Notes under the pieces: generated by a model
Database searches by the model: none
Told to the model about the DNA's origin: nothing
Seen by the model: only the letters and a program-made list of their open reading frames with translations
Program-made: the position numbers and the translations under genes
Assembly: GCA_040217195.1 (NCBI GenBank)
Contig: JAVJNR010000004.1
Location: 986,358-1,050,357 of the forward strand
Direction: 5' to 3'
DNA length: 64,000 bases
Origin: Leptospiraceae bacterium
GTDB lineage: Bacteria > Spirochaetota > Leptospiria > Leptospirales > Leptonemataceae
In this document: positions 54,837 to 63,999 of the stretch, in pieces
Layout: each line of letters opens with the position of its first letter
Numbering within the stretch: the first letter of the stretch is position 1

Positions 54837-56066
54837 TCAGCGAAACGGTATGCCCGCCAAATCCAGAGAAAAGAGTCCCCTGGAGTCCTTCTCAAAAGAA
54901 GGGAAATAGACTCGGTCACCGTGAGGCACCGCTACCGAGATATCTCTGATCCTGGAGCCATCATGCATGGAATAATGCAGAACTTTTTTGCCCGAAGAAT
55001 CAAAGACCATAATACCTGTGTCCTTGCTCATGGGTAGTAGCCATTGAGGAAGGCCCAGCAATAAAGGCTTTATCCAGGGGTTCGAATGAACCAGTTTCAT
55101 TAGCCCGGAACGCTTCTTAATCAGACCAGTCCATATCCGGCCCTGGCTGTCCCGCTCCAATCCGTCTGCCAGGCCTGGAAGGTTTTCCTGGAGTACTTCG
55201 AACTGACCTGCCTTTTCGCCGCGAATATAGGCTCGGATCATTCTGAATTTTGTAGTCTCAGTAAATACGATGGAATCTACCTTTCCATCCTGTTCATCCA
55301 GCAAAATACCATCCGCAAAAGTGAATCCAGAGACCACTGGTCTTACAGAGTTCGCTTCGCGATCATATAGCCAGATTTTTCCATGGGGATACAGGCCAAT
55401 GGCCTCGGGCACAGCACCGGAGCCCATGGCTGCCTTCTGACGATTAAATGGTTCGGTTAGATAGATTTCCTTTCCGCTCTGCGATACGGCCAGGTCATTA
55501 CACAGAGCAAAGGGCCGCGAATTGCTGGCATTCATTTCAGAAAGCTTGAGGCTGGAGTCCGGGTCAGGTGAAACCGAATCCGGCGCTGAGTCCGATAAAC
55601 GGGGAAGTTGCAATAACAAAGGACGCACTTCTCTGGTTTTTAATTCGATCTCGTACAGTCCTACCCGCGCATCCTCCGGATAGTCTTCGCCTCCCAGACG
55701 GGAAGCGCAGGCCAGCAAAGTGTCTCTTTCCGGGCCCGCGAATTGAAGTCCGGCAGGATTCACCGGTAGCTTTACCCACTGAGAGGCTTTTCCAGTGGCA
55801 AAATCCAGCTTCCAGATCCAGCCATCCATTCCGGATGCGAAAGCTGTAGAATCATTCAGAAAGACTATGTCATCGTGGCCAGGAAGCTCCTGCATCTCAA
55901 TTCGCAGATTCTCAAACGGATCCTGCATTTTCGCCTGTAGAACAGCTTCGGGCACATCGGCCAATTGGTACGACGGACCTATCTGTGTTTCGTCCAGAGA
56001 TCCATAAATGTATGTAATCAGAATCAGAGCCGGTAGCACTGAAATCCCTATGAGCCATTTTTTCAT
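54837..56066 (-). CDS. Strictosidine synthase-like / SMP-30 six-bladed propeller protein
   Basis: N-terminal TM; NDLAVSQSGKEIYLTEP, FADGI, NLPGLADGLERDSQGRIW. Confidence 0.85.
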   Translation of the reverse strand: MKKWLIGISVLPALILITYIYGSLDETQIGPSYQLADVPEAVLQAKMQDPFENLRIEMQELPGHDDIVFLNDSTAFASGMDGWIWKLDFATGKASQWVKLPVNPAGLQFAGPERDTLLACASRLGGEDYPEDARVGLYEIELKTREVRPLLLQLPRLSDSAPDSVSPDPDSSLKLSEMNASNSRPFALCNDLAVSQSGKEIYLTEPFNRQKAAMGSGAVPEAIGLYPHGKIWLYDREANSVRPVVSGFTFADGILLDEQDGKVDSIVFTETTKFRMIRAYIRGEKAGQFEVLQENLPGLADGLERDSQGRIWTGLIKKRSGLMKLVHSNPWIKPLLLGLPQWLLPMSKDTGIMVFDSSGKKVLHYSMHDGSRIRDISVAVPHGDRVYFPSFEKDSRGLFSLDLAGIPFR

Positions 56067-56944
56067 TGAACTCCCTTCCCTTGCGCTCGGCGAACGTGGG
56101 GCACGTCATCGTCCAGCCAGTAGGCGCGATCTTCTTCTACTACAAGTATCTCTTCAAATTTAAATCCTATCTTTCCCCGACCCAGGTGGGGCTCAATGGC
56201 CCAGAACCCGAGTTTGGGGCCTTCATGCTCTGGAACCAGAAGGTCCGGTATGATTTTATGAGTTAAGAATTCGTACTGTCCTTGAAGGCTGAACCAGCTG
56301 GCTGCACTCACAGGAATCCGCGGTAATCTGAGATTGGCTAACTTAAATCGATAGACCCTGTGACCAAGAACAGCCATGGGATATTTGGAATGAACGTTAT
56401 CAAAGCCGTGTTCCCTGGCATCTGCATCTACCTTCCACCAGATTTCGGAAGCAGACATGTCAGAGGCAAAATAGCCTGGCAATTCCGCTCTTAACTTCAG
56501 TAGATAGTTCATCCCTCGATTCAGATCTTCGTTGGGATTCAGGCAGGTTGAGTAACCAATATCTCCCGAATACCCTTCTACCACCGGTGAAACATCCAGA
56601 ATGAACGGCTCATCCGCCTTCAATACGCGATTGGAAGGATGAAACTGAGTAAATCGTCTGTATCCGTCAAATCTAGAATGATCGCCGAACCAGGCGAATG
56701 GACGATGCAAATAGACTGGCACTCCATGATCCTTCAGATAGGTATCGAGCAATCGGGCGGCTTGCTTTTCCGTCATTCCTTCGCGTAGTTCTTTTTCTAC
56801 CGCAAGGACACAGTCGTAGCCCATTCGCTGAGCTTTTAAAAATCCTTCTTTGTCTCTGGCTTCCGGCACTTGAATGGACCGGGAACCCATCCTGGAAAAT
56901 CTGGAAGCCAGACGTCCAAGGAATCCTCTATTTGCAACTGGCAT
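56063..56944 (-). CDS. M24 family metallopeptidase-like protein
   Basis: Pita-bread ligands D-D-H-E-E (LDVSP..GDIGYS, LGHRV, AIEPH, KFEE); GGAG RBS before MPVANR. Confidence 0.85.
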   Translation of the reverse strand: MPVANRGFLGRLASRFSRMGSRSIQVPEARDKEGFLKAQRMGYDCVLAVEKELREGMTEKQAARLLDTYLKDHGVPVYLHRPFAWFGDHSRFDGYRRFTQFHPSNRVLKADEPFILDVSPVVEGYSGDIGYSTCLNPNEDLNRGMNYLLKLRAELPGYFASDMSASEIWWKVDADAREHGFDNVHSKYPMAVLGHRVYRFKLANLRLPRIPVSAASWFSLQGQYEFLTHKIIPDLLVPEHEGPKLGFWAIEPHLGRGKIGFKFEEILVVEEDRAYWLDDDVPHVRRAQGKGVQ

Positions 56945-57100
56945 AACTCCTCCGCATGAACCCAATAAGGATAGCATAGAGCCGTCCAGTGCGCTTGAAT
57001 GTAACCGGTGCGAGAGAAAAAAAACCTACCGAAATGGCAGGACAGTATTAACGGATTCAGGAAATTGAGAGATCATCTGAAAACATTATTCCAGGAAGAA

Positions 57101-57901
57101 TCAGGTAAAAGTATCCTCTGACTTACATACCATGAGGTTAACGGATCTCCACTGACCAAAGAATTGCGATGGCACAAATCCAAAGTTTTCCTTAAACGTC
57201 CGCGAAAAATGCGCCGAATCTGCAAAACCGGCTGCATGAGCTGCATCGGTGAGATTCATACCCTCCATCAGAAATCGTGCAGCCTCGGTGAGGCGAACCC
57301 ATAAAAGATACCTTCGCATGGGCAGACCCAGGCTTTCTTTAAAAAGACGCATGAGGCGATCCTCTGAAATGGAAAACTCCTGGGCAAGGTCATCCAATCG
57401 AATCCGATCCGGTAATTCATTTCGAATCCTGCGGGCTACTTTCTGTACCCTGGAATCCAATTTCTCTTCCGGGGCGGAGCCTGGATTCAAACATTTCAGG
57501 ATTTTCAGTTGAATGGCATGGGCCTGGTCGCTATCGATTTGACCGTAGTACAGATCCCATAGTTCCGGTAACAGGCTTCGGAAGATTTCGAAATCCAGGG
57601 GAATAATCTGATTCTGCACGGAATGATGCACAATGGATTGAAAGTCCAACACCTCCGGATCCAGAATGAATGCGATCATTTTAACACCGGCAGATAATGT
57701 GCGATGATTGGTATTGGGAGTAACCAGAGCGGCCCGATACTCACCAATTCCATTTCCAGTTTCGATTGTAAGATTCTCTTTCAGGCCGATGGCAACAGTG
57801 GCTGCATAATGCTCATGGAATTCAGTCTGCATTCGATCGGTCGCAAATAGAATTCTGGTATTCCAGAGGTACAGTATTCCAGATACTTTGAACGGATCCA
57901 T
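57101..57901 (-). CDS. Soluble AraC family regulator
   Basis: Cupin-like HEH; SEDRLMRLFKESLGLPMRRYLLW, AAHAAGFADSAHFSRTFK. Confidence 0.92.
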   Translation of the reverse strand: MDPFKVSGILYLWNTRILFATDRMQTEFHEHYAATVAIGLKENLTIETGNGIGEYRAALVTPNTNHRTLSAGVKMIAFILDPEVLDFQSIVHHSVQNQIIPLDFEIFRSLLPELWDLYYGQIDSDQAHAIQLKILKCLNPGSAPEEKLDSRVQKVARRIRNELPDRIRLDDLAQEFSISEDRLMRLFKESLGLPMRRYLLWVRLTEAARFLMEGMNLTDAAHAAGFADSAHFSRTFKENFGFVPSQFFGQWRSVNLMVCKSEDTFT

Positions 57902-58273
57902 ACCTTCCCCCATTTGCATAACGTGCCAGCCCTGCAAGGATGATGCAGGCGCCGCTGGTAATCGCTAGCTTAACAAACCAGAGTTCGCAATTCATTCTCC
58001 GGTTGATAGCCGGCCAATGATGGGCTGAAAAGGGGGAACCAGTCAAGTGGAATTGATGCTTCAATGGGAAGAGCAAAGCTCAAAGTGAATTTCCATCTTC
58101 CTGGAATACTAGTTTAAAGCACGACCGTTCTCGAAGCGGCCTCATCCCGTGTAAGCCCGGAATACGGGGATGCGAAAGTCCCAATCAAGGCTTTCATGGA
58201 TTGCAGGAAGCCTCTCAGTCACTGAACTCAGGAGGGAAATTGACCGAGTCGTTCAGGAACCGGCTACAGATGA

Positions 58274-59470
58274 TCAGCCTTTCGTTAACTCTGATGGATC
58301 CACCGAAATACTTGCTTCAGCTCTCACCATGGCTGCTGTCTTGCCAGTTATCTGACGAAAGTTCCTGTAGAAGGAAGCCCGGGAATTGAATCCCACCGCT
58401 TCAGCGATGCTATCCACCCTGCGATCCGGTTCATCCATGAGCATACGGTAGGCCTCCTGCACGCGAAAGCGACTCACGTAGGAGCGAAAATCTACACCCA
58501 TGACGTTGTTAAGAAGCTCCGAAAGCTGCCCGGACGAAACCCCGGTCAGATCCGCCAGGCGATCCAGAGACAGATCCTCATCTACGTAAACCCGGTCCTC
58601 TTCCATTAATCTCTGAAGCCGATCTTTGAGCTCAACCACATCCAGGCTCTGTAGGCTGGATCGACTGTATTTCTCCAGCTTCTGGCGCAACCGGATCTCA
58701 CGATCCAGTCGACCAAAAAATCCAGGGTATCTGAAATCCAGTAGATAGAGCCAGAGTACACCCACAGCAATGCCGGCAATACCTAGACGCTTCAGCGGTT
58801 CTGTATCAAGAAACTGGATGGGTATGGCAAGAGCGTTGATCAATGCGAACCAGATCGGCAGGGCCCTTAGATGCCAGATACCCGGAACCGGGCTGTCTGC
58901 ATGCAACAAGGCGAATACATTGATTCGCAAGAGAGTGCGCACCATGGAATAGATGACATGAGCCAGGCCCAGATAAACAATCCATCGCAGCAATTGATCA
59001 TAGGCTTGAATCCAGGGTTCCTGATCCGAGGGATCGAGTACCGCTCGCTTTCCTTCTGCTCCCATGAGAAAAAAAGGCGCATAAACAACGGCCGCCAGAA
59101 AGAACGGGATGAGAGCGGCCATTCCGGGAAAGAACAAATCAAATTCTTCATTGCTATGGGATACTTCTTTATTGGAATCCTGGTCTTTCAAAAGCCCCAA
59201 CAGATACGATGAAAGCAGCGGCCCAACAAGATAATAGAAAGGAACGTGCAGAGCATAAAGATAGGGAACGTGTCTAAAGACCAATTCTCGGCCCAGGCCC
59301 AGGTTTGTCATGATCACCGCCAGCCAGAGAAGCAAAAGAAAGCCGATTCCATTCACCGGTTTGAACGGACGAATCAGGAGCTGACCAACCGCCTGCAAAG
59401 CCGAAAAGGCTCCCGTAAAAAGGGCCAGTCCCATACAGATTCGATCCAGAGTAATTAGAAATCCCGTCAT
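58274..59470 (-). CDS. Membrane-embedded AraC family regulator
   Basis: TM region; YVDEDLSL...IAEAVGFNSRASFYRNFR. Confidence 0.9.
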   Translation of the reverse strand: MTGFLITLDRICMGLALFTGAFSALQAVGQLLIRPFKPVNGIGFLLLLWLAVIMTNLGLGRELVFRHVPYLYALHVPFYYLVGPLLSSYLLGLLKDQDSNKEVSHSNEEFDLFFPGMAALIPFFLAAVVYAPFFLMGAEGKRAVLDPSDQEPWIQAYDQLLRWIVYLGLAHVIYSMVRTLLRINVFALLHADSPVPGIWHLRALPIWFALINALAIPIQFLDTEPLKRLGIAGIAVGVLWLYLLDFRYPGFFGRLDREIRLRQKLEKYSRSSLQSLDVVELKDRLQRLMEEDRVYVDEDLSLDRLADLTGVSSGQLSELLNNVMGVDFRSYVSRFRVQEAYRMLMDEPDRRVDSIAEAVGFNSRASFYRNFRQITGKTAAMVRAEASISVDPSELTKG

Positions 59471-59710
59471 AACTTTGCCGCAGCCGAATCTTCAGGCCTC
59501 CAAAGACTATCCAGATTGATCCGGCCGGGAAATCAAAGCAGAATTGCACTGACTTCGAAGCTCTTCTGAAGCGGTCCGGCCGCCCAATATCCAGGCCTGG
59601 CAAATCTAACGGCTACAAACGGAGAACCCTGGTAGCCTCCCGAAATAGCAGCGAATGGAATTTCTGGATCTACCTAAAAAAAAACTTGCAGTCTCCCTTT
59701 TCCTCTCCGT

Positions 59711-59744
59711 AATTAACCTAGTGGTTAATTAACCTAACGGTAGT
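59711..59744. promoter_or_regulatory. ArsR operator candidates
   Basis: AATTAACC-TAGT-GGTTAATT (perfect 8-bp arms) and degenerate TTAACCTAACGGTAGT abutting the ATG. Confidence 0.7.
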
Positions 59745-60128
59745 ATGGAAGATACTTTAACTCAAACCTTTGCCGCCCTGGCTGATCCTACGCGCCGGGC
59801 CATGCTAGAACGTCTCTCTCTGGGTAAGGCCAGTGTGGGTGACCTGGCCCAGCCCTTCCGCAATAGGATGAGTCTGCCAGCCATTACCAAGCATCTAAAA
59901 GTACTGGAGAAGGCCGGTTTCATCACCAAATCGGTGGATGCTCAATACCGCCGATGCGAGATCAATCAAGAGGCATTCCAGGAAGTTGCCGAATGGATGG
60001 AGCAGTACAGGATTTTCTGGGAAGAGAGTCTGGATCGGTTGGATGCTTACCTGAAGACCGTATCGCCTCAGACGAAAAAGGCCAGCAAGGCGGCTGCGAA
60101 AAAAGGAAAACAACGAAGGAGGCAATAG
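59745..60128 (+). CDS. ArsR/SmtB family regulator
   Basis: FAALADPTRRAML, MSLPAITKHLKVLEKAG, FWEESLDRL. Confidence 0.93.
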   Translation: MEDTLTQTFAALADPTRRAMLERLSLGKASVGDLAQPFRNRMSLPAITKHLKVLEKAGFITKSVDAQYRRCEINQEAFQEVAEWMEQYRIFWEESLDRLDAYLKTVSPQTKKASKAAAKKGKQRRRQ

Positions 60129-60129
60129 A

Positions 60130-61071
60130 ATGTCCAGAAAAGCCAGAGAAAATGAAATTCACTTGAGTCGCGTTTACGACGCGCCTGTCCATGTAGTCTG
60201 GGATGCATGGACCGATCCAGCACAGGCAGCGCAGTGGTGGGGCCCCCGGGGGTTCACTCTGACCACGCATAGCAAAGAACTACGCCCCGGAGGAATCTGG
60301 GACTATACAATGCATGGTCCGGACGGTACTGACTATCCGAACAAAGCGCTCTATCATGAGGTGGTGGAGCATAGAAAGCTAATGTATGACCATGGCGCAA
60401 CAGATGAACGAAAACCTCTCTTTCGAGTCACTGTGCTCTTTGAAGATCTGGGAGATCGCACCGGAATGGAAATGACCATGGCCTTTCCCACACCTGAAGA
60501 GGCAGCCCGGTCCCGCCGATTCATCAAAGAAGCAGGTGGCACGGCTACCTGGGATCGTCTTGCGGAATACCTGAAGCAGGAGCAATCGCACCGGCAAGTC
60601 TTTGTGATCAACCGCAGTTTTTCTACCTCCGTCGAACGATTATTTCAGATGTGGCACGATTCTGCAGAATTTTCCCGATGGCTGGGACCCGCAGATTCCA
60701 GTATGACCATTGAAGATGATGTGGGCGAAGGCAAGACGATCTTCTATCGGATGTCCCAGGCCAGCGGCCCGCTAATGCATGGAAAATTCAATTATTCCAG
60801 GATCCAGGCCCCCCATTTAATGGAGTATACACAATGGTTCTGCGATGAAGAAGGAAAGCTCACCAAACATCCGGAGGTACCGCTCTGGCCGGATACAATT
60901 CTGACCCGAGTTCAGTTTACTTCGGAAGCAGAGGGTAGCCGGGCCACTGTGACCTGGGAACCTTATGGCGAAGCATCGCCGGAGGAGATCCAGGCCTTTG
61001 TAAATTTGCGAGCCGAAGTGCATCAAGGATGGACCGAGGCTTTCGACAAGCTGGAGGCCTGTTTGCAGTAG
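60130..61071 (+). CDS. Tandem SRPBCC (AHSA1-like) domain protein
   Basis: Two domains: VWDAWTDP..QWWGPRGF..MHGPDG and LFQMW..RWLGP..QGWTEAFDKL. Confidence 0.92.
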   Translation: MSRKARENEIHLSRVYDAPVHVVWDAWTDPAQAAQWWGPRGFTLTTHSKELRPGGIWDYTMHGPDGTDYPNKALYHEVVEHRKLMYDHGATDERKPLFRVTVLFEDLGDRTGMEMTMAFPTPEEAARSRRFIKEAGGTATWDRLAEYLKQEQSHRQVFVINRSFSTSVERLFQMWHDSAEFSRWLGPADSSMTIEDDVGEGKTIFYRMSQASGPLMHGKFNYSRIQAPHLMEYTQWFCDEEGKLTKHPEVPLWPDTILTRVQFTSEAEGSRATVTWEPYGEASPEEIQAFVNLRAEVHQGWTEAFDKLEACLQ

Positions 61072-61080
61072 CGCCAACAG

Positions 61081-61105
61081 GGTCGGCGTCGAAAAAGCGC
61101 CGGCC
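61081..61105. terminator. Possible hairpin terminator between convergent genes
   Basis: GGTCGGCG-TCGAAAAAG-CGCCGGCC; no clear U-tract. Confidence 0.35.
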
Positions 61106-61121
61106 TTAGCGCCTCTCCTAC

Positions 61122-61517
61122 TTAGCCCTCTTCTGGCTCCAGTAATTGAAGGCCCCGCAGAGCCAGACTGTCGGTAAGGCGGTCCAAACGGTGTCGCACA
61201 TCCCGATAGTCTGAGTGCACCTGGGCAAAACCCGATTTCATTTCTGCGCGCAGCTCTGTTCGGAGATCATCGATTTTGGAGTCGAACCTGGCAGCCCGTT
61301 CATTCATTCTGGTCTCAAGTCTGGCAACGTGGGTATCGATTTTGGTATGGAGACGGTTGCCCTGTTCTTCGATTTTGGAGTCCAGTCTTTCGAAATCGGC
61401 ACGAGATTCCCGTCGAGTCATTGCTGCAGTACGCAAAGTAGCATAGAATAGCCCCAGCATCCCGACGATGGTAGTAGCAAAGCCGGCGATCATGGAAATC
61501 AGAAGCGCGCTATCCAT
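61122..61517 (-). CDS. Small TM-anchored coiled-coil protein with 11-residue repeats
   Basis: N-terminal TM, then ERLDSKIEEQG/NRLHTKIDTHV/ARLETRMNERA/ARFDSKIDDLR; start MDSALL preferred. Confidence 0.75.
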   Translation of the reverse strand: MDSALLISMIAGFATTIVGMLGLFYATLRTAAMTRRESRADFERLDSKIEEQGNRLHTKIDTHVARLETRMNERAARFDSKIDDLRTELRAEMKSGFAQVHSDYRDVRHRLDRLTDSLALRGLQLLEPEEG

Positions 61518-61693
61518 GTGTTTAGTTAATCGTATTTCTGAAAGGAGTTCAAGCAAAAAAATCAACGCAGGTACCTTCCCGCCAACCCCGCCATATCGAA
61601 CATGACCTTTCTCTTCCCGGGGCGGCCCTTCGTTCAAAGACAACCGGAGGTTGTCCACCTATGTTTCCACATCGAACAGGGCAAATCTTTTGA

Positions 61694-61792
61694 GCGGCCT
61701 GGGGCCCTCCCGAGCTAGCGACACGATGTCGCGTTCCCGCCGCTCAATCCACGGATGGATTGCGCGGCGGGCAAGGGAGGGTCCCAGGCCGC
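61694..61792. repeat. Nested palindromic (REP-like) element or structured RNA candidate
   Basis: 18-bp outer stem (one G-T pair) enclosing a 6-bp hairpin and a 15-bp hairpin. Confidence 0.8.
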
Positions 61793-61821
61793 ACTAAGGA
61801 GCGATGTCATGGAGATGTGGG

Positions 61822-62607
61822 TTAGTCCTCCACACTTGTGCACAATACGAAGGAATAGAAAGTCCTTTCACGAACGTGCACTCCAGGGGTAACCGAGTCT
61901 GCATCGCCTGAGATGTACATGGCCGTTCCATTTCCATCGAGCTGCACGTTGTGCCACATGGAATTGGTATGGAACCCTGCGGGTATCTCAGTGGCAAGGC
62001 CCAGGAAATTCTTGCTTACCAATTTCTCCGGATAGGAATTGCTCTGGTTGGGATTCCATACCTTATCCGGATGATACTCTGCAGATATAATTGGCAATGT
62101 CCAGTCGCGGCCCGCCGTTGTATCTGCATCGCATACCTGGTATGCTGGACTGGCTGAAGTGGCATAGCCCTTTGAACCTTCGCAGGTTGTATCATCTGTA
62201 GCACAGAACTGAACCTTAAGAGCACCATAGAAGTTTCCTGAGTTTCCTGTGCCCTGGCAATCATTCTCTACCGGTCTATAAACCTGGCCATACAGGCACT
62301 TCTTGATGTAGATTACAGGGTAGGCATTGGAATACGTGCAGTTGCCACTTCTATCGCACGTCTCAAGAAAATGCTCTCTCTGGATAGTACCGTCTCCCAT
62401 ATCCGTGTACTGCGGAGGAACAACATTCGCATATTGTTTGTTGCCAACCAGTGGACCCAGTACCTGCATCAAAGCCATGAACTCATGGGCGGAGGCATCT
62501 GCTTCGGTCTGCTCGTCCATGAAATCACTCTCGCAGCCAGACGAGAGAACTGCAAGCATTGCGATTAGGATGCAACGTATCGACTTATCCCATCGTAGAA
62601 TATTCAT
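61822..62607 (-). CDS. Cys-rich hypothetical lipoprotein
   Basis: Lipobox LSSGC; several paired Cys; ATGA overlap with the upstream gene. Confidence 0.75.
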   Translation of the reverse strand: MNILRWDKSIRCILIAMLAVLSSGCESDFMDEQTEADASAHEFMALMQVLGPLVGNKQYANVVPPQYTDMGDGTIQREHFLETCDRSGNCTYSNAYPVIYIKKCLYGQVYRPVENDCQGTGNSGNFYGALKVQFCATDDTTCEGSKGYATSASPAYQVCDADTTAGRDWTLPIISAEYHPDKVWNPNQSNSYPEKLVSKNFLGLATEIPAGFHTNSMWHNVQLDGNGTAMYISGDADSVTPGVHVRERTFYSFVLCTSVED

Positions 62608-62948
62608 AGCTTGAACTCCGCTTGTTCCCAAACGGGAGCAAATGGGATTGCTGGATTGACATGGTCTGTTTCTGCACTTTCTACACAGGAGTACCACTCC
62701 AGCACCGAAAGGGCTGTAAAATACGATCTTGTTTCCATTTCACGGACTGGATCAACATTCCCTCCGGCTCGGTCGTCTGCAATAAGTGATTCGGCAAGCC
62801 CAGCGTATCCAACAAGGCTGCGTTGCGCCCGTTCATTACATTCCTGCTTTGAGTAGCCATGGTTACAGCCTGGGGCGCTCAATACGCCCAACGAACCGAG
62901 AATGAATCCGGCCCAAACTAGGGCCCTGGTACCCGTTCCTTCACTCAT
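62604..62948 (-). CDS. Small hypothetical lipoprotein, candidate RHS immunity protein
   Basis: Hydrophobic leader ending SAPGC; immediately downstream of the RHS stop. Alternative start 62990. Confidence 0.65.
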   Translation of the reverse strand: MSEGTGTRALVWAGFILGSLGVLSAPGCNHGYSKQECNERAQRSLVGYAGLAESLIADDRAGGNVDPVREMETRSYFTALSVLEWYSCVESAETDHVNPAIPFAPVWEQAEFKL

Positions 62949-62976
62949 ACTCTTCTTCCATCTCAGTTGCTTAACC

Positions 62977-63999
62977 TCAAAATCGATCATTGACCCAATT
63001 AGAGAGTCGCCGACCCATATTTCGTACCCCTCGCGTCATATAGTCCAACCCGAAGATCATGGCTCCAAGCCCATAAACAACAAGATCGCTGATGTTTGAA
63101 TAGACATAGTTATACACAGCGAAAAATGATCTACCGGTAGCACCGAGTCCCATCTCTTCAACCCAGGCACTATTCTGATAGGCCATTTCATATCGATCTT
63201 TCATAGAGTTTGGATGAAACAAATTGTGCCATGTAACTTTGAACCGGTCCTCAGAAGCTCTCATGTGTGCTTTGTCCGTTTTTGGACCAGCCCAATATAC
63301 ATCGCCATTTGAGCCTGGGACGGCTCGATCGTGGACAATTCCGGCGCGATCACCCGGAGTACCCGGCCCCGGGCTGAGGCGCTTTGCCAGGTACATCATT
63401 AATAGCACGGCGGCCACCATACTGTCATGATCACCCGACCCTTCCTTTTGCAAGACCAAAGCCATCGTTACAAAGTTCTTCCAACCGTCCCGATCATTAA
63501 AATCACCAAAAGGGTCATAATTGCCGCTCCCACTATAGTTGTGTCCCCAACCCATTACGGCCGGCTCTGCGTTATAGCCCATCCCCATAATGAGCATTAC
63601 TAGCGCTATCCGGAGGTCCTTTCCCTGTACCCCGCCCCCCAACGCAAATGAGAAGAGCAGAGAGACTTCAAGGGTCTTTTTGCTCGGGCTAGCGTTTTCC
63701 GGACTCATTCCCGTTGAGTCCGTAAAATTCACGGGATTATTCCATACATATGCATACCTGTCCCAGTTGTCCTGGCCGGGCTGCGCCGTATGCACTGGGT
63801 CTGGCTGCAGGAAGCGACCTGTGTCCGGATCATAAAGTCTGGCTTTGTAGTTGTACAGTCCCGTCTCTTCTTCGTACTCTTGGCCTGTGAATTGAAACGT
63901 TCCGGCATACGCTATTCCATCGCCGTCTGCATCCATATCGGACAGTTCTTTAACCACCCGGCCGAAGGGTTCATAGGCATATCGAGCGAAACTCGACCA
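62977..63999 (-). CDS. RHS repeat-associated core protein, 3' part; gene continues beyond the window
   Basis: YAYEPFG, FTGQEYEEETGLYNYKARLYDPDTGRFLQPDP, YAYVWNNPVNFTDSTG, then a 243-aa C-terminal domain. Confidence 0.93.
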   Translation of the reverse strand, partial: WSSFARYAYEPFGRVVKELSDMDADGDGIAYAGTFQFTGQEYEEETGLYNYKARLYDPDTGRFLQPDPVHTAQPGQDNWDRYAYVWNNPVNFTDSTGMSPENASPSKKTLEVSLLFSFALGGGVQGKDLRIALVMLIMGMGYNAEPAVMGWGHNYSGSGNYDPFGDFNDRDGWKNFVTMALVLQKEGSGDHDSMVAAVLLMMYLAKRLSPGPGTPGDRAGIVHDRAVPGSNGDVYWAGPKTDKAHMRASEDRFKVTWHNLFHPNSMKDRYEMAYQNSAWVEEMGLGATGRSFFAVYNYVYSNISDLVVYGLGAMIFGLDYMTRGVRNMGRRLSNWVNDRF

